DNA from: Curvularia clavata
Lineage: Eukaryota
Assembly: GCA_023920165.1 (NCBI GenBank)
Contig: CP089276.1
Coordinates: 186,001 to 250,000 of the forward strand
Reading direction: 5' to 3'
Length of the DNA: 64,000 bases
Shown: piece after piece, positions 36,888 through 49,889 of the stretch
How positions within the stretch are numbered: position 1 is the first letter of the stretch
Layout of the letters: each line of letters starts with the position of its first letter
Translations under genes and position numbers: made by a program
Notes under the pieces: model-generated
Databases searched by the model: none
Told to the model about the DNA's origin: nothing
The model's input: the letters and a program-made list of their open reading frames with translations, nothing else

Positions 36888-39856
36888 ATGAGCAACGACA
36901 CGCCCACGCCCATCTCGGACGACGAGGTCGTGGCCCTCACAAAGGCCGCCTTCGAGCACTCCCGCCAGGACATCACCCACCGTGCCGCCGCCGCAGAGGC
37001 GCCTCGCGAGTTGCAGCAGCAGCCCGGCATCACCATTGACCTGGGCCACAAGAACATTGCCCGCCTCCCCGACGAGGTCATCGATGTCATCCGGGCCGAG
37101 ATTGAAAGGTACTTACTCGCTCGCACACACGACCACCCCCGCCCCCCTCCTCGACGACGACGACGACGACAAGTGTTGACATGCCAGGCTCGCTCTCTCC
37201 CACAATCTTCTCGCCACCCTCCCCTCCCGCCTCATCGAATGCAGACGCCTCCGCTACCTCAATGTGCGCTACAATGCCATGCGCGAGATCCCCGATGCCG
37301 TACGTCGACCCCTTTCCCTTCCTCCGCTATATTGCGATTCGACCACTGACCCTTGCCAGATCCTTGAAATGACTTCGCTGGAAATCCTCGACGTAAGCCG
37401 CAACAGGATCCGATCCATCCCCACCAAGATCGCAAACTTGACCTCGCTCAAAGTGCTGGCAATTGCAAAGAACAAGATTGAGGAACTACCAGTGTGTCTG
37501 GGCGAGATCAACAGCCTGCAGGTCCTCAAACTAGACGGAAATCCGCTGGTTTTTCCCCCGCCCGAAGTATGCACCATCAAGGACAATGCTCCTTCTCCCG
37601 CCAACGAAAACGAACGAGATGCTGTCATAGCCACACAAGTCAAGCGTTTCATGCGCCAACACATCTCGAGAGAACGCCAGCGGGTCGAGCTCGAGAGAGT
37701 GCGAGTAGAGTCCTCGGGAGACGAGAGCTGGACAGAGACTAACCCGGAAACCCCGCGCCCGTCCAAACGAGCCAACGGCGGACGCTTCCCAGTGAGACCC
37801 AGCCTAGGCAACATAGATGGCTTCTCCGAATCCAAGCCAGATTCTCCTGGACCTGCTGTTCCGCCCATCCCGCTCCGCTCCCACTTCCGTATCCCGTCTA
37901 CCACAAGCAACGGTGCCAGCACTGGAATCACCGTCACCAAACGGCCCCCGGTTGCTCCCCTGATCTTGACCAACGGAAACAACGAGCGCAACCGCAGCCA
38001 GAGCGAAGGCTCAGGGCCATCCTCGCAGCGCCAGAAGCGTATGGGTATCTATACGAATAAGGCATCGGAGCTGTCATCAGTCAATGAATTGGGCCAAAGT
38101 AATCATTTTCGTGGCTTCAGTCAGGGCGTCTTGGTCCCCGCTAATTCTGCCACCAATGGCTTCTCCTCATCCGGAGCTGCTGGCGCTTACGAAGATACTG
38201 GTACTGTCCGATATCACGCAAACCGTCCCCTGTCCGACGTCCGTGAACACCGGCGTGTGTCGCGTGCACCTGACATTGTTGTCGAAGCCGCAAAGAACTT
38301 TCTCTATGCCATTTCCCAACTTCACGACTGTGTCTCGCACATGGTACGTTCAATCAAGTTGACAGCCAAGACCAAAGAAGGTTTGCGTCGCAAGGAAGAC
38401 TTCTACCGCAGGTACTCGACTACCTATCTAAATATCCGAGCGCTGAACGAGGTCCTACACAAATTCGATGCTCTAGTAGAAGAGGACGAAGAAGAGGCAC
38501 AGAAGTTGTCCAGAAGTGTGTACATGTATGCGCTGAGGTGTCTCGACTCCTTCATGTCCATTACCCTCTCCATCGCCGAGAACCGCATCGAAATCACTCA
38601 AAATGCGAATACACACATCATGCGAACGTTTCTGCTCCTCCAGCAAGGAAGCTTAATCGAGATGAGGAATGCTTGTTCCATATTAGGTGCACAGTTTAGG
38701 GATACTTCTGCTACAACAGCAAAACCTGCTGAAACCGACAACCTCGCGACCGTCCGCGCGCGACCGTCAAGGGGCCGTCGCTTCCAAACATCGCCGCCCC
38801 AGCGGAATGGATGGCAGATGCCTCCGCCCGTCATCCTTCACAGCAATGACAATAGCCGGTCCAACACCCTGACGAGCCTCGGTGCCGCAACCCCTCGCTC
38901 GGGAGGCTCCTTCTCTACGACTGCGCCGGGTATGACACGATCCAACACGCTTACCAGCAGCTTTGACGAGACAGACGAAGACGCTCAGTTTGACAAGATC
39001 TACACAAAGCTCCGCAATGCATCTGATGGTTGCAGAAACTCCATGGCTCAGATTACGCGTATGATGCGAGAGCAATTCGACAGTCTACGGCGTGATCTCG
39101 ACTCTGAAGACCCCCGAATTAAAGCGCTAGCAAACCTTATTGACAAGGGCAACGAGGTCCAACAGATGGCAAGTCCTCTTGCCATACGCTTGTCTCAAAT
39201 GCAGCTCAAAGATAATTACACCCGTGACCAGCCTGAGTTCTGGCAGCAATGTATGGGCTTCGTCAAGGTATGTAGAATTTATTTCGGACCAAGCTCCTGG
39301 GAGTGACATGCTAACTTATTGATTAAAGGCTTGGCAAGAGCTGGCTGCAGCGTATACCCAGCAGGGCAGGGAGCACAAGCTACTCACTGGTGAGGTTAAA
39401 CAGCTCATGCGGCCGCTACACAAGATGGTCAAAGAAGCTAGTTTGGCTATCAATGACAGTCCGTGGTCACATCTCACCAGCAACAACATTGGCTTGATGG
39501 GCCCACCGAGTCTGTCTTCGTTCACATCGCGGACTCAACCACCCAAATTTTTACAAAAGCCCAACGGAACCATGTCATCGAGTGGCGGTCCATCCTTCCC
39601 AGGCCCAATCAACACATCAATTCCTGCCATGGCATCCGTCTTCTCTGGGCAACCCTATTCTACAGCCAGTTTGGGGTCGCAGGGATCGGGTGGATACAGC
39701 ACGCCGGTTCCTGCAACTCCGCTGAGCGCCGCCCTAGGCGCTGCAGCTCAGGCAACTATTCCAAATACACCTAGGATGCCTTCACAAGGTTCCAACACTC
39801 TCAACGTCTTCGAACGTGCTGACCGACTCTTAAGTCAAACAAGTCGGCGCATATGA
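36888..39856 (+). CDS. SOG2: RAM network leucine-rich-repeat protein Sog2
   Basis: N-terminal LRRs (TIDLGHKNIARLP, LEILDVSRNRIRSIP, LQVLKLDGNPL), RNRSQSE, a helical C-terminal region and VPATPLSAALGAAAQAT. Three introns. Confidence 0.88.
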
Positions 39857-42394
39857 TTGCACTCGGTTGGTGTCATTCAAACTCTGCACATCAGATTCCT
39901 TCCGAGAGCCTTCGAATATTAGCCGCAAAGTGTATGAGTCCACGCCTCTGCACTCCACCTCCAACCGCGGTAAAAGTACGTATATGCTGCCTTTTGCATC
40001 ATGTTTTCCTCTTCTCACATTATCGCACTTATCCTAAACCTTGTTTTCGCTATTTGCACACCATTAGCGGCGGCGTTTGTCCGGATTTCACTCCTTTTTT
40101 GTTTTTGCTCTTCACTCTGCTCCATTACACACGGAACAGCATCTTGCCATCTGCATATTGGGGGGAAAATGGCGTTCCAAGTCTGCATGTATGTGGGTTT
40201 TTTTGCTCTTTCTGTTTCGTGATTAGCATGTACCCAGGCGTTCCTGGCTTCGTTTGGACTTGTATTGGGCTTGGGTTGGAAGGGGTTGGAAAGAGATGGG
40301 GGAGGGATGCTGGACAAACGTGGATTGGGTGGATTGACATGGTTCAATGGATATGGCATGTGATATGCGATTAATGTTTTTTTTGTTTGATATGAAATGC
40401 AGCATATTAATGCTCATAACTCAAGGTAGGAAGTTTTCTCATAAAGAGACAGTGTACTGAGGAAAGAAGAATTGCGGGCATTTCTTCCTCGGGAATCATG
40501 AAGGGTTGGCGGATACTGGATAGGATGGGATAACAGGACGAACCATGCATGCGTGCGTGTTTGTTTGTATGCATACCAGAGGAAATGAGATAAGAAAAGC
40601 GCGGTGGTAAATGAGAACGCAATACGTGTCTTCTGCTCATGACTTGTGCATGTCAATCTTAATTTCCAGCTTAATGAATATTACACACGCACGCTGTAGT
40701 AAGTTGCGAAGTGAGATATCTATACTTCGGCGTCATGAGGCTATGTGGGGGCTCTCTCCTTTCCTTTATTATAACACATGACGGATATCGAGTGCACATT
40801 TACTATGTTGCTCCAACAAATACATTCTTCAACAACTCCATTACACTTTGCACATAGCGATTACGGATTTATATTCTACTTATTCTCATAGTTTGACGAC
40901 TCTAGCTTTGAGAGGACAAGACTGTCCTCGATAGCCATCCTGGCCAGCTTCATGCGTATATGGCACTCTACTGTAGTTCTCCTAGCCTTTGTTTATTAGC
41001 TTTCTTGTCTGGCCTTGAGACGATGTTAGAATAAATGTCAGTAACTGTTTATTTGATGTTGGTGCTGGCTCCAATTCTACTTAAATGTGTTGTACGGTTG
41101 TGTTATTTTCGCGGTATGAGTGTGTGAAAATACAAGAATATACAGTACTATAGGCCAAAAGTGTCGCAAAATAGTCCAAGCCTTGACAGCTTAATGATGA
41201 TCTCTAAATCCCCACACAAGCCTATAGTGTGTATATAGAGTTCCCTCGTGTTCGGATTGACGGTGGTAGATTTAGAAAGACTTGGGTTCGAAATTTCTAT
41301 CGTAGTTGCCTGTGTGGCAGCCCGACCAAGCAGCAACAGGCCTAAGAGTTTCTAGAAACTTGCGTGCAGCTGCCATCGTATTTAAGCTCTTCGACTGGCC
41401 ACCAAATAGACAGCTATCTTGATCTGTTTGAATTCCGGAAGAACGAAAGTTATCTCGCTGATCCCACCCAATACTCTCGTTCTAGAGTAATGTAGGTTGC
41501 ATGGGCAGAAGTATAACAATTGATTCAGGAAGTGAGTAAGTTTTTGCTGTTTGAGTATGTACTCAAATAACAGTCTCCTTCATTTTGACTTTTGGCGGCC
41601 GCAAGCGAGCTACAAGGCAGAATACAATGAAACTTGCCAGTCTTGCTTGCTTAGGTATGTCGAATGCTCATATACATTACGTGGGTGCAGCTGTGGAAAG
41701 AAGGTATACATTAATAGTCCGTGGATACTACCAGGTACTGACCCAAAGCAATAATAAGCAATTCTATGCAAAGGGAGTAGTCTTGTCTTCAAATCTCCCT
41801 GCTTATTATAGTAAGCAACTGGAAGACTGAAAGGGATATTAGCAGTAAGATTCAGAGAACTATGAGTGTAGGGATAGCAGTCAATCCCATAACGCGCAAA
41901 GCCAAGACTTAAAGGAAAGCAGCAGATGCTATCAATATCAAAGACAACTTCAGCTGCACGCCCTGTTTGGCTTATTGCATAGTGCTGACTAGGACAGAGA
42001 CTGCCGGCAGATTTTATATAGAGCGTGGATATGTGCTACATTTGTGAGTAGACGCGGGTTGCATTGAAGGGCCTAAGAAGTCGCTGAGATATTTCGTATG
42101 TGAAGTGTATACCAGAATCGTGCTTTTGCCTTAGTACAGCTAAAGTCGACGTTACAAGTAACATGCTTTGCGATGAGGCTGCGCCAAGCAGAGTTGAACG
42201 ACGTTACTTGGGAAATTTATATTTTCGTCCCAGATTACCGGGTGAAGAAGATGGTTTGTTGTAAATAAAGCAAGGAGGAGTGTGCGGCCAGGAAAGTCTA
42301 CCGGTAAGGTGAAATTCCTGTAGACGGCTTGTTCATTGAATTCTTCAGCACGAGTATTGAACCAGAGCAAGATGGAAAACTTAGCTCAATACAT

Positions 42395-43399
42395 CTACAC
42401 CCTCCGTGCCTTTAAGGTTGGCGTTGGGAACAGGAGAAGTGGTCGTTTGCATGCTGTATAACCTCGTGGTGCAGGATACCTCCGGTCCAGCCAGACATTC
42501 CACAGCATGACCGAGGCCGTACTCGAAGACCAGTAGAGCATCAGAGCCGCAGGGAGATTTTGGCAAAGGGGTCCGATCAGCAGCGAAACACACAGCAAGG
42601 TGTTCCGAAGAAGATTGGGCCATTTGGCACCACTCTCGACTGTGTTCTTCGAGGTATAAATGTTTGCAAACATGATGCCTGATGCAATGAATGGTAAGGC
42701 GCCGGTTGGATCTGGGAGAAGCAGGTCTGGGAACCAGAGCATACCCTCTGTTGCGAAAGATGGTTCAAACCAGGCGCTAGGCGTTACTCGTGCGACGACT
42801 TCACCAGTTTCTGTCGTCATCCTCGTGCTTTCGCCTCTAAATACAGACACTACCATACCAAGCAATCCATCCTGGGCTCCACACTTCTGGCGTATAGTTT
42901 CGGCCATGGCGAAGAAGATGGGTATCTGCGCCAGTGTCCAGCTGATTTGGCCTGAGAGACTGACGCCCCATCTTTGGTCCAATGCCGACGTGACATCCTT
43001 TACTTCCTTCTTCACTGTGACCAAAGCCTGTTTGGTCGACCGGAAGTTCCCGCGCTTCAGGATCTCGTCTCGTTTTTGGAATGCAAGTGCTTGACGGAGG
43101 GGGTGTAAACCAATATATCGTGCCATGAGCGCACGTGCCCGTGTTCCGGCGGTGGTGACGAGCAGACCGCGAGCAACAAATGCGCTGAGGGGGATGGCTG
43201 CATACCAGGGGACAGTGGTGTGTATAACAGATATCATCTGATGTGGCAGGTAGAGGATCGCGTCAACGAGTGGATCCTGCCGTGGTGTCGAGGCATGAAA
43301 GGCGCGTGCTGTGGGGCGACTTGTCAGGCTCCTGAAATCCAATGCATTTTTTCGAAGCAATTGGCGGGCTGGCTGCCGCAACAAACACGAGGACAGCAT
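42395..43399 (-). CDS. COX18: Mitochondrial inner-membrane insertase, Oxa1/YidC family (Cox18/Oxa2-like)
   Basis: Presequence MLSSCLLRQPARQLLR...RAFHAS, plus VPWYAAIPLSAFVAR, AQIPIF, EGMLWFPDLLLPDPTGALP and PAALMLYWSSS. Confidence 0.85.
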   Translation of the reverse strand: MLSSCLLRQPARQLLRKNALDFRSLTSRPTARAFHASTPRQDPLVDAILYLPHQMISVIHTTVPWYAAIPLSAFVARGLLVTTAGTRARALMARYIGLHPLRQALAFQKRDEILKRGNFRSTKQALVTVKKEVKDVTSALDQRWGVSLSGQISWTLAQIPIFFAMAETIRQKCGAQDGLLGMVVSVFRGESTRMTTETGEVVARVTPSAWFEPSFATEGMLWFPDLLLPDPTGALPFIASGIMFANIYTSKNTVESGAKWPNLLRNTLLCVSLLIGPLCQNLPAALMLYWSSSTASVMLWNVWLDRRYPAPRGYTACKRPLLLFPTPTLKARRV

Positions 43400-43606
43400 G
43401 GCGTAATGCTTTGTGAACGAGATGGCAGTTGTGCCGGACTCGGGCGGAGAAGAGAGGTCCCCACTAGTGTCAGGGTCGGGCCGGGGCCAGGCACCGTCGT
43501 CATCCCACCTGAACAACTGTCCAGCTTCTCCGAACCATTCACTGCCCATGGATTGATACTCCGCTACCTGTATTCCCTGCGATAGTTCCCACCGGCTCTA
43601 ACCAAG

Positions 43607-45348
43607 ATGAGTGTGTTACTCGTCCTCCTGTCACTACTGGTACCTGCACTTGTGGCTGCTCTGCTGCTTCCCAAGATCCTGTACTTTGTTGCGGGACTAG
43701 TGGGACAACATCTCCGTCGATGTTCGCGCACGCGACGCGAGTTATTGCTGGCTAGGGTAGCAAACGAGACCAAAGCCTATGAGGAGGAGCTGAAGAAAAA
43801 CAAGCAAGAAGATGCCGACTGGGAACAGGTGGGAACTACGCCTCCCAACAGTGCAGTGAAGAACAGCGAGTGGGACGGCATCGTGGGGTTCTTTCACCCT
43901 TTCTGGTATGCACGGCAAGTCTTGAGGAATGGAGATATAGTCGCTGACCTGCTATTTATACAGCAATGCAGGAGGCGGCGGTGAGCGAGTCCTTTGGGCT
44001 GCCATTCGAGCACATCAAAAGCGCTGGCCAAAGGCTACCTGTATTGTTTATACCGGCGACCACGATGTCGACAAAGCAGAGATACTCAAGCGCGTCAAAG
44101 ACCGCTTCAATATCCAACTGTACCCACCAACCGTTCACTTCCTCTACCTCACAACTCGCGACTGGGTGCTCGCAAGCACATGGCCGCGTTTCACGCTCCT
44201 AGGACAGTCTCTCGGGTCCTTGATTCTCGCCTACGATGCTTTCTCACTCCTTGTTCCAGATATCTTCATAGATACTATGGGATACGCATTTGCCCTCGGT
44301 CTATCCTCGCTCCTCTTTCCGAAAGTTCCCACTGGCGCATATGTACATTATCCAACCATCTCGACCGATATGCTTGACTCGCTGCGAATCGGAGGACAGG
44401 GTGTGCATGCAGGAACTGGGTCAGGATACCGTGGACAAGCCAAGAAGAAATACTGGCAGCTGTTCGCAAAGCTTTATAGTAAAGTTGGTGGTACCATTGA
44501 TGTGGTCATGACCAATTCCACATGGACACAAGGCCACGTCCAGTCACTCTGGGGACCATATCGCAACAAGCACGACAAGGCAACCGACATCGACGTCGTT
44601 TTCCCACCTGTTGCAGTGGAAGAAGTCATCGAGGCCGTCGATGTCTCAGAGTCCAGCGAGAAGAATCGCGGCCCATATCTCCTTTACATTGCGCAATTCC
44701 GACCAGAAAAGAACCACCGACTCATCCTCGAAGCCTTCGCCTCATTCGTGCATTCTAAGGCAGAACTTCCAGCCTATCCCAATGAAACCCCAAAGCTGGT
44801 ACTGATAGGTTCAGTGCGCAACTCGCACGATGACGCGAAACGTGTTTACCAACTGCGACTTCTGGCGCATGAACTACACATCAAAGAAAACGTGGAGTTC
44901 ATATGCGACGCGCCATGGCCCCAGATGTTGGAGTGGATGCGCAAGTCTAGTGTCGGAGTAAACGCTATGTGGAACGAACATTTTGGCATTGGCGTAGTTG
45001 AATACCAAGCCGCAGGCATGATTTCCGTCGTCAATAACTCTGGCGGGCCCAAGCTGGATATTGTAGTCGAGATTGACGGAAAAGCCACTGGTAAGTTGAA
45101 CAGATGCAACTTTGAGGTTTGTGTTGGTTCGATAATTGACGATAGGTATAGGCTTCCATGCAACCACTGTACAAGAGTATGCAGATGGCTTTCGAAAAGC
45201 GCTCACGCTGTCGCCACAAGAAACACTTGATATGCGGCGCCGCGCGCGCAAGTCTGCTGAGCGATTCACAGACCAGACGTTTGTTGACAAGTGGATTAAG
45301 AACGCGGAGAGACTGGTAGCGCTGCAGATTCAGAGGACGTCCAAGTAG
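43607..45348 (+). CDS. ALG11: GDP-Man:Man3GlcNAc2-PP-Dol alpha-1,2-mannosyltransferase
   Basis: [79 protein letters not shown]. Two introns. Confidence 0.96.
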
Positions 45349-46110
45349 AGGTGTGTTCTTAAGACACGATCTCGTTCTCGTAAAAAAAAAAGGGTAACTA
45401 TGGCGTTTCACCGGACCAGAATTGGGCTTCTTTTCCATTCCTTTTTGATACCATACCGGCATTGGCACTGGGGAAGGGATATACTGTAATTGTATTTTTG
45501 TTCTAGAGGAACCCAGCATTGAATCCAATGTTACCACTTCCCGCCATCAGCATTGCAAGACGTAATCATCACACTTGAAAGCAACCATGTAAGTCAAGAA
45601 GTAGATGAGAAAGAACAAGCAATCGCCCTTGGGACGTTGCAGAATAAAAGCTTTTTTATTCTCTATCTCTCCGTTTCCCTTATTCGATTCGAGACGACGT
45701 CTCATCCCTAGGTATGACAGCTAGACCTGAGCTGTGCCCCTCGTTGCTTCTCTCCTGTCTAGACTTTATAGTCAAATGGGTATACAAGTCGTGACCCCAT
45801 GTTTGTTCCCATGTCCCAGCCTTGCTCTTCCCCCCTCGCCAACCAATCAACTTCGCTTTGAACAAGCATTACTTAGTGAAGGAACTTTGCTAGGGTCCTA
45901 ATCGGACTACTAGATTATACAGAGAAAATAAAAAGGAAAACAATCAGTAGCAAAAAACAAAACAAAAAACAGCAACAGTTGGTTATCATCGGAAGATAAG
46001 TAAACGTAGCAAAAAAAGAAAATATGATCATAAGCGGAACCGGCCCAGCTGATTTGCATCCAATCGGATATCCACGTGGTGGGAAAAAAACAACAGTTTA
46101 CATTCTTTTA

Positions 46111-47634
46111 TCAAAGACGTTCAAGTTCCTGAAAGCGTTCCACGGGGTCCGCAAACGATCGTGTCAGGCCGACTGAAGCCCAGAAATCGTCACTGATATC
46201 CTCACGGGATGCAAGACGCTCCAATAATGATCGCGCATCGCGGAGCTCTTGATCCAAGGGTGTGGAATCGGCCCGTACGAGGGATGGGGTATCTGCCTCA
46301 CTCGTGTTCGTAGGCTCGTCAGCAGGTCCGTCGACCTGCGGCATTGCGGACCTTTGCGCTTCTTCTTCTGTGTGGGCATTCCTCCAGTTGGCTTGGTTAT
46401 AGTAGTTATGAACGTAGTCGCTGGCGTCACGCGAACGGTCAATGACACGGAGCGAGTAGCGCTCTGCATCTTGCATGGGAGGCTCGTTGGAGAAGTAGGA
46501 TGGGCGTATCCTGCGACGGGGTGCCGTTGAGCTTGAGAAGTCGCCTCGCTCTCTCCGGTGCTCGGTATGCAAGCGGCGCGTAGGAACAAGTACATCTGTG
46601 TCTTCCTCTTCAGTGTCTGAGGCCGTGTCATTGTCCGAGGTATCGCAAGCACGCAGAAATTGATCGTGCTGCGGAGGACTTGGCCGTCGCGAAGGGACTG
46701 TAAGGTGGGTTTGCGAAGATGCAGCCGAATTTGAACTTCCTGCCCGCGAGCTGGAGTGGGAATTTGTAAACGAGGCTGAAGCTGCAGCTGAAGCAAACGA
46801 TGACGCCGCAGTTGGCGCGACTGGGTCATCAACAACGGTGGTGAGAAAGCTGTCCCAGTGGAGTTGGTCATCGAATGGACTGACGCTGCGATTCCTGTCG
46901 CCCAATCCATCGAGACCAGGCACCGGGCTCCAGGACTCGCGCAACGAGCTACTCGGTAATGGTCCATCAGCTATAGTCCGACGACCCATCCTACGAAGTG
47001 GTGGGAAAGCCACGGGATTGTTGTCGCTGCTCTCGTGGTCGTCCTCAGGCGCGCTTGTGGAATCGCTCCTTGCCGCAGACTCAGTATAGGGGCTACGCGA
47101 ACGGGTCAATCGCGGAGGCGCAGCGCGACGGTAAGATGTCCTCTCGCGCAAACGAGAGAATTCTCGCGCGCCGAGTGCCGTGTCAGACTCGGAGGTGCGT
47201 GAGGCTGCGGCAGGCGCAAATCCTGGAGTGAAGACGGCAATGGTGCGATCACTCTCCAGAGCCCTGTGCGCCGCATATGTGCGCATGAATTCATCGAGGC
47301 GACTGCGCGAGCGACTCAAAGCACTGTTGGGTCCGAGTGGTGCAGGTGAGTTGGTTGCAGCCTCATTGCTGCGGTAGTCGTTTCTCGAGACCTCGGGTAC
47401 TGGTGGTGGCGCCAGGCGCGTGCGATGCGACGAGCGCGGTATCCATTCGATATGCGGAGCAGAACCGGAGACGTCGATGAGAAACTCAGTGTCGAGTGTG
47501 GTGTGAGGTCGTGGCGATCGGTTCGGTCTAACGCGACGCCGGATGGGAGAGCGTTGGCCGGTCAAGTCGGCTCTCAGTACGTCCTTGTCCTTTGCTTCCT
47601 CCCGCTTAATGTTCCATCCGATGGGAATGCCCAT
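46111..47634 (-). CDS. Hypothetical Ser/Arg-rich protein
   Basis: 507-aa intronless ORF with ordered-looking islands (DGLGDRNRSVSP, HWDSFLTTVVDDP, LLERLASREDISDDFWASVGL). Confidence 0.75.
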   Translation of the reverse strand: MGIPIGWNIKREEAKDKDVLRADLTGQRSPIRRRVRPNRSPRPHTTLDTEFLIDVSGSAPHIEWIPRSSHRTRLAPPPVPEVSRNDYRSNEAATNSPAPLGPNSALSRSRSRLDEFMRTYAAHRALESDRTIAVFTPGFAPAAASRTSESDTALGAREFSRLRERTSYRRAAPPRLTRSRSPYTESAARSDSTSAPEDDHESSDNNPVAFPPLRRMGRRTIADGPLPSSSLRESWSPVPGLDGLGDRNRSVSPFDDQLHWDSFLTTVVDDPVAPTAASSFASAAASASFTNSHSSSRAGSSNSAASSQTHLTVPSRRPSPPQHDQFLRACDTSDNDTASDTEEEDTDVLVPTRRLHTEHRRERGDFSSSTAPRRRIRPSYFSNEPPMQDAERYSLRVIDRSRDASDYVHNYYNQANWRNAHTEEEAQRSAMPQVDGPADEPTNTSEADTPSLVRADSTPLDQELRDARSLLERLASREDISDDFWASVGLTRSFADPVERFQELERL

Positions 47635-48133
47635 TGCGCATCAAAGAGTGGATTGTGAGTGTTGGAAAAAGATGAGTGGAGATGTGTTGTTGATGGTGAC
47701 GCGCCTGGACGGATGCTGGGGATGGTCGGAGGGGGAACTAGGGCGGCGGAGCGGCGCACGTCGTACCCACCCAAGACAGTGAGGCTGAAGCGTCTGGGGA
47801 AGAGGCACAGAACCGCCGAGGGGATGCAATTGCGCGAATGCGTGTCTGAACAGCCCCCAAGCGTGCCGGATGTTTAAGCAGATATGTGCGCGCCTTGGAA
47901 ATGTTATCCAGACACTGTCTTGGGGCACTGCATCGCTTCAAGGCTGCAACTGCCTGACCACTGGCCGTCTTGGAGGCGCGACTGTGTTCGCCAAGCCATG
48001 GTTGCCTGTTGCGGCATAGTCGCTCCTGCCTGCAGCTTCTGGTCCAGTCGCCACCGTGAGTCAACACCACATGCAGCAGTCTTGTTTCAGACCATCGCTA
48101 CCTGTGCTTTTTTAGCACTCGTCAAAGACGGCC

Positions 48134-49889
48134 ATGATCCAACCGGGGTTGGGGAGGATTAGCCAGCTGTTGAAGAATGTCGAGTTCCCATGGAGATCGA
48201 TACATGTCGCTGGCACCAATGGCAAGGGGTCTATATGCCACTACGCCTCCCTGCTGATCAAGCGTAAAAAGATCAAGTTTGGCAAATTCACTTCTCCTCA
48301 TCTTGTAGACAGGTAGGCGGCGATGCCATGTGAGCTGTTCGTCATCTGACCTCTGCAGATGGGACTGCATCACCATAGACAACACACCCGTTGATGAGAC
48401 GGTTTTTCGCAAGGTCGAGAAGCACTACCAAGATCTCAATCTCAGAGACGGTATTGGCGCCTCTCCGTTTGAGATTCTCACTGCTGCTGCTTTTCACATC
48501 TTCAACGAAGAGCAGATTGAAATTGGCATTGTCGAGGTTGGCATGGGCGGGAAAGAGGACGCCACCAACATTCTGAACAACCAAGCCGTTTCTGTCATCT
48601 CAAAGATCGCTCGTGATCATCAAAACTTTCTCGGCAATACTCTGGAGGAAATCGCACTTCACAAGGCTGGCATTTTGAGGCCAAAAGTACCGTACATCGT
48701 CAGCCCGTGGAATGAGGAAAATGTCAAAGACACGATTAATGACTACGCAAAGACTATTGACGCAGGCCCGCTTCTCAGCCCTGAGCCTCCTGATTTCCAG
48801 GGAAAACTGTTCAAAAAACACGACTGGCATACTTTTGCTAGACCGTTGATACCGACCCAACGTAACAACGTAGTCTTGGCCGCCATCGCCGCCAGACAAG
48901 CTGTGGAAAGTATAGGACTCGAGTTAAGGCCCTTTGAAATCGGACGCTTTCTGTTCAAGACTCGGCTGGCTGTCAATCCCGGCCGCATGGAATCGATCAG
49001 AGTGCCACTCATCTTCGGTGATCACAAGCACTCCAAGGGGCAACCCATACTAGTGGACGGGGCCCACAACCCCAATGCTGCTACAGTGCTCAAAGAACAT
49101 GTACTTCTTCACTATAGGAGGAACAAAATAAAGGGTCAGGGGTTTCCCGGTCGAGCAGGATGGCCAGTTACGTGGGTACTTGCCATGACTGAAGGCAAGG
49201 ATGCACGCGAGTACTTGAGAATATTATTGCAGCCAGGAGACAATGTCGTTACTACAGCTTTTGGTCCAGTGGATGGTATGCCTTCAGTAAAGCCAATGGA
49301 TCCGAAGCAACTGCTTGATATAGCAACTTCAGTACATCCCGGAGTGACAGGCATAGCAATGCCAAAGGATGGTGCATTGCGAGCATTGTGTGCAGCCAAG
49401 TTCATCTCGAAACCAAAACAGCCGGTGGTACTGACGGGCAGTTTATACCTTGTCGGTGACTTCCATCGTGAACTCCGATCACGAAATAGCCCACATTACT
49501 GGACTGACCCAGAGTTCGAACAAGACAGGAAAGCGTTCAATGCCATGCTTAAAGAAGAGGAGCACAGAGTCAATCGCTGGCTAAGTGCTCATTCTGGAGA
49601 TTCTTTCAGTCAAACCAATGACAAGAATAGAAAGGAGAACGCCCAGTGGGATCAGCAGATTTCTGATCGAGAAAAGAAGAGGGCGATTCAAGAAGAGATG
49701 GAGAGTCTTGACAGAGAACTAGAGTTTCTCGCAATTGAAGAGCGACGCATCGGGCAGTCGCAACCTTCCAATGGCGAGGATCTTGACGGACCAGCGGTTT
49801 CAGAAAACGCATCCGCCAGTGAGCCCGAACCTCCAACAGAGGAACAAGATAGTGGAGCAGAAATACCTGGTGAGTCAATGTACATATAA
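48134..49889 (+). CDS. FOL3: FolC-family dihydrofolate/folylpolyglutamate synthetase (Fol3-like) with acidic C-terminal extension
   Basis: MIQPGLGRI, IHVAGTNGKGS, FTSPHLVDR-WDCI, SPFEILT, VEVGMGGKEDATN, DHQNFLGNTLEEIALHKAGI, LVDGAHN, VLTGSLYLVG. Intron at about 48313-48358. The 3' end is uncertain because of a possible donor near 49870. Confidence 0.88.

Noticed and set aside
43400..43549. 50-aa N-terminal extension of COX18 from ATG 43549
   Set aside because: The acidic extension would mask the presequence starting at MLSSC, and it lies in the short divergent promoter shared with ALG11.
46164..46967. 267-aa alternative-frame ORF inside the 46111-47634 gene, and similar shadow ORFs over SOG2, POX1 and the Tag1-like gene
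   Set aside because: These are expected by-products of codon bias in GC-rich coding DNA and have no family motifs.
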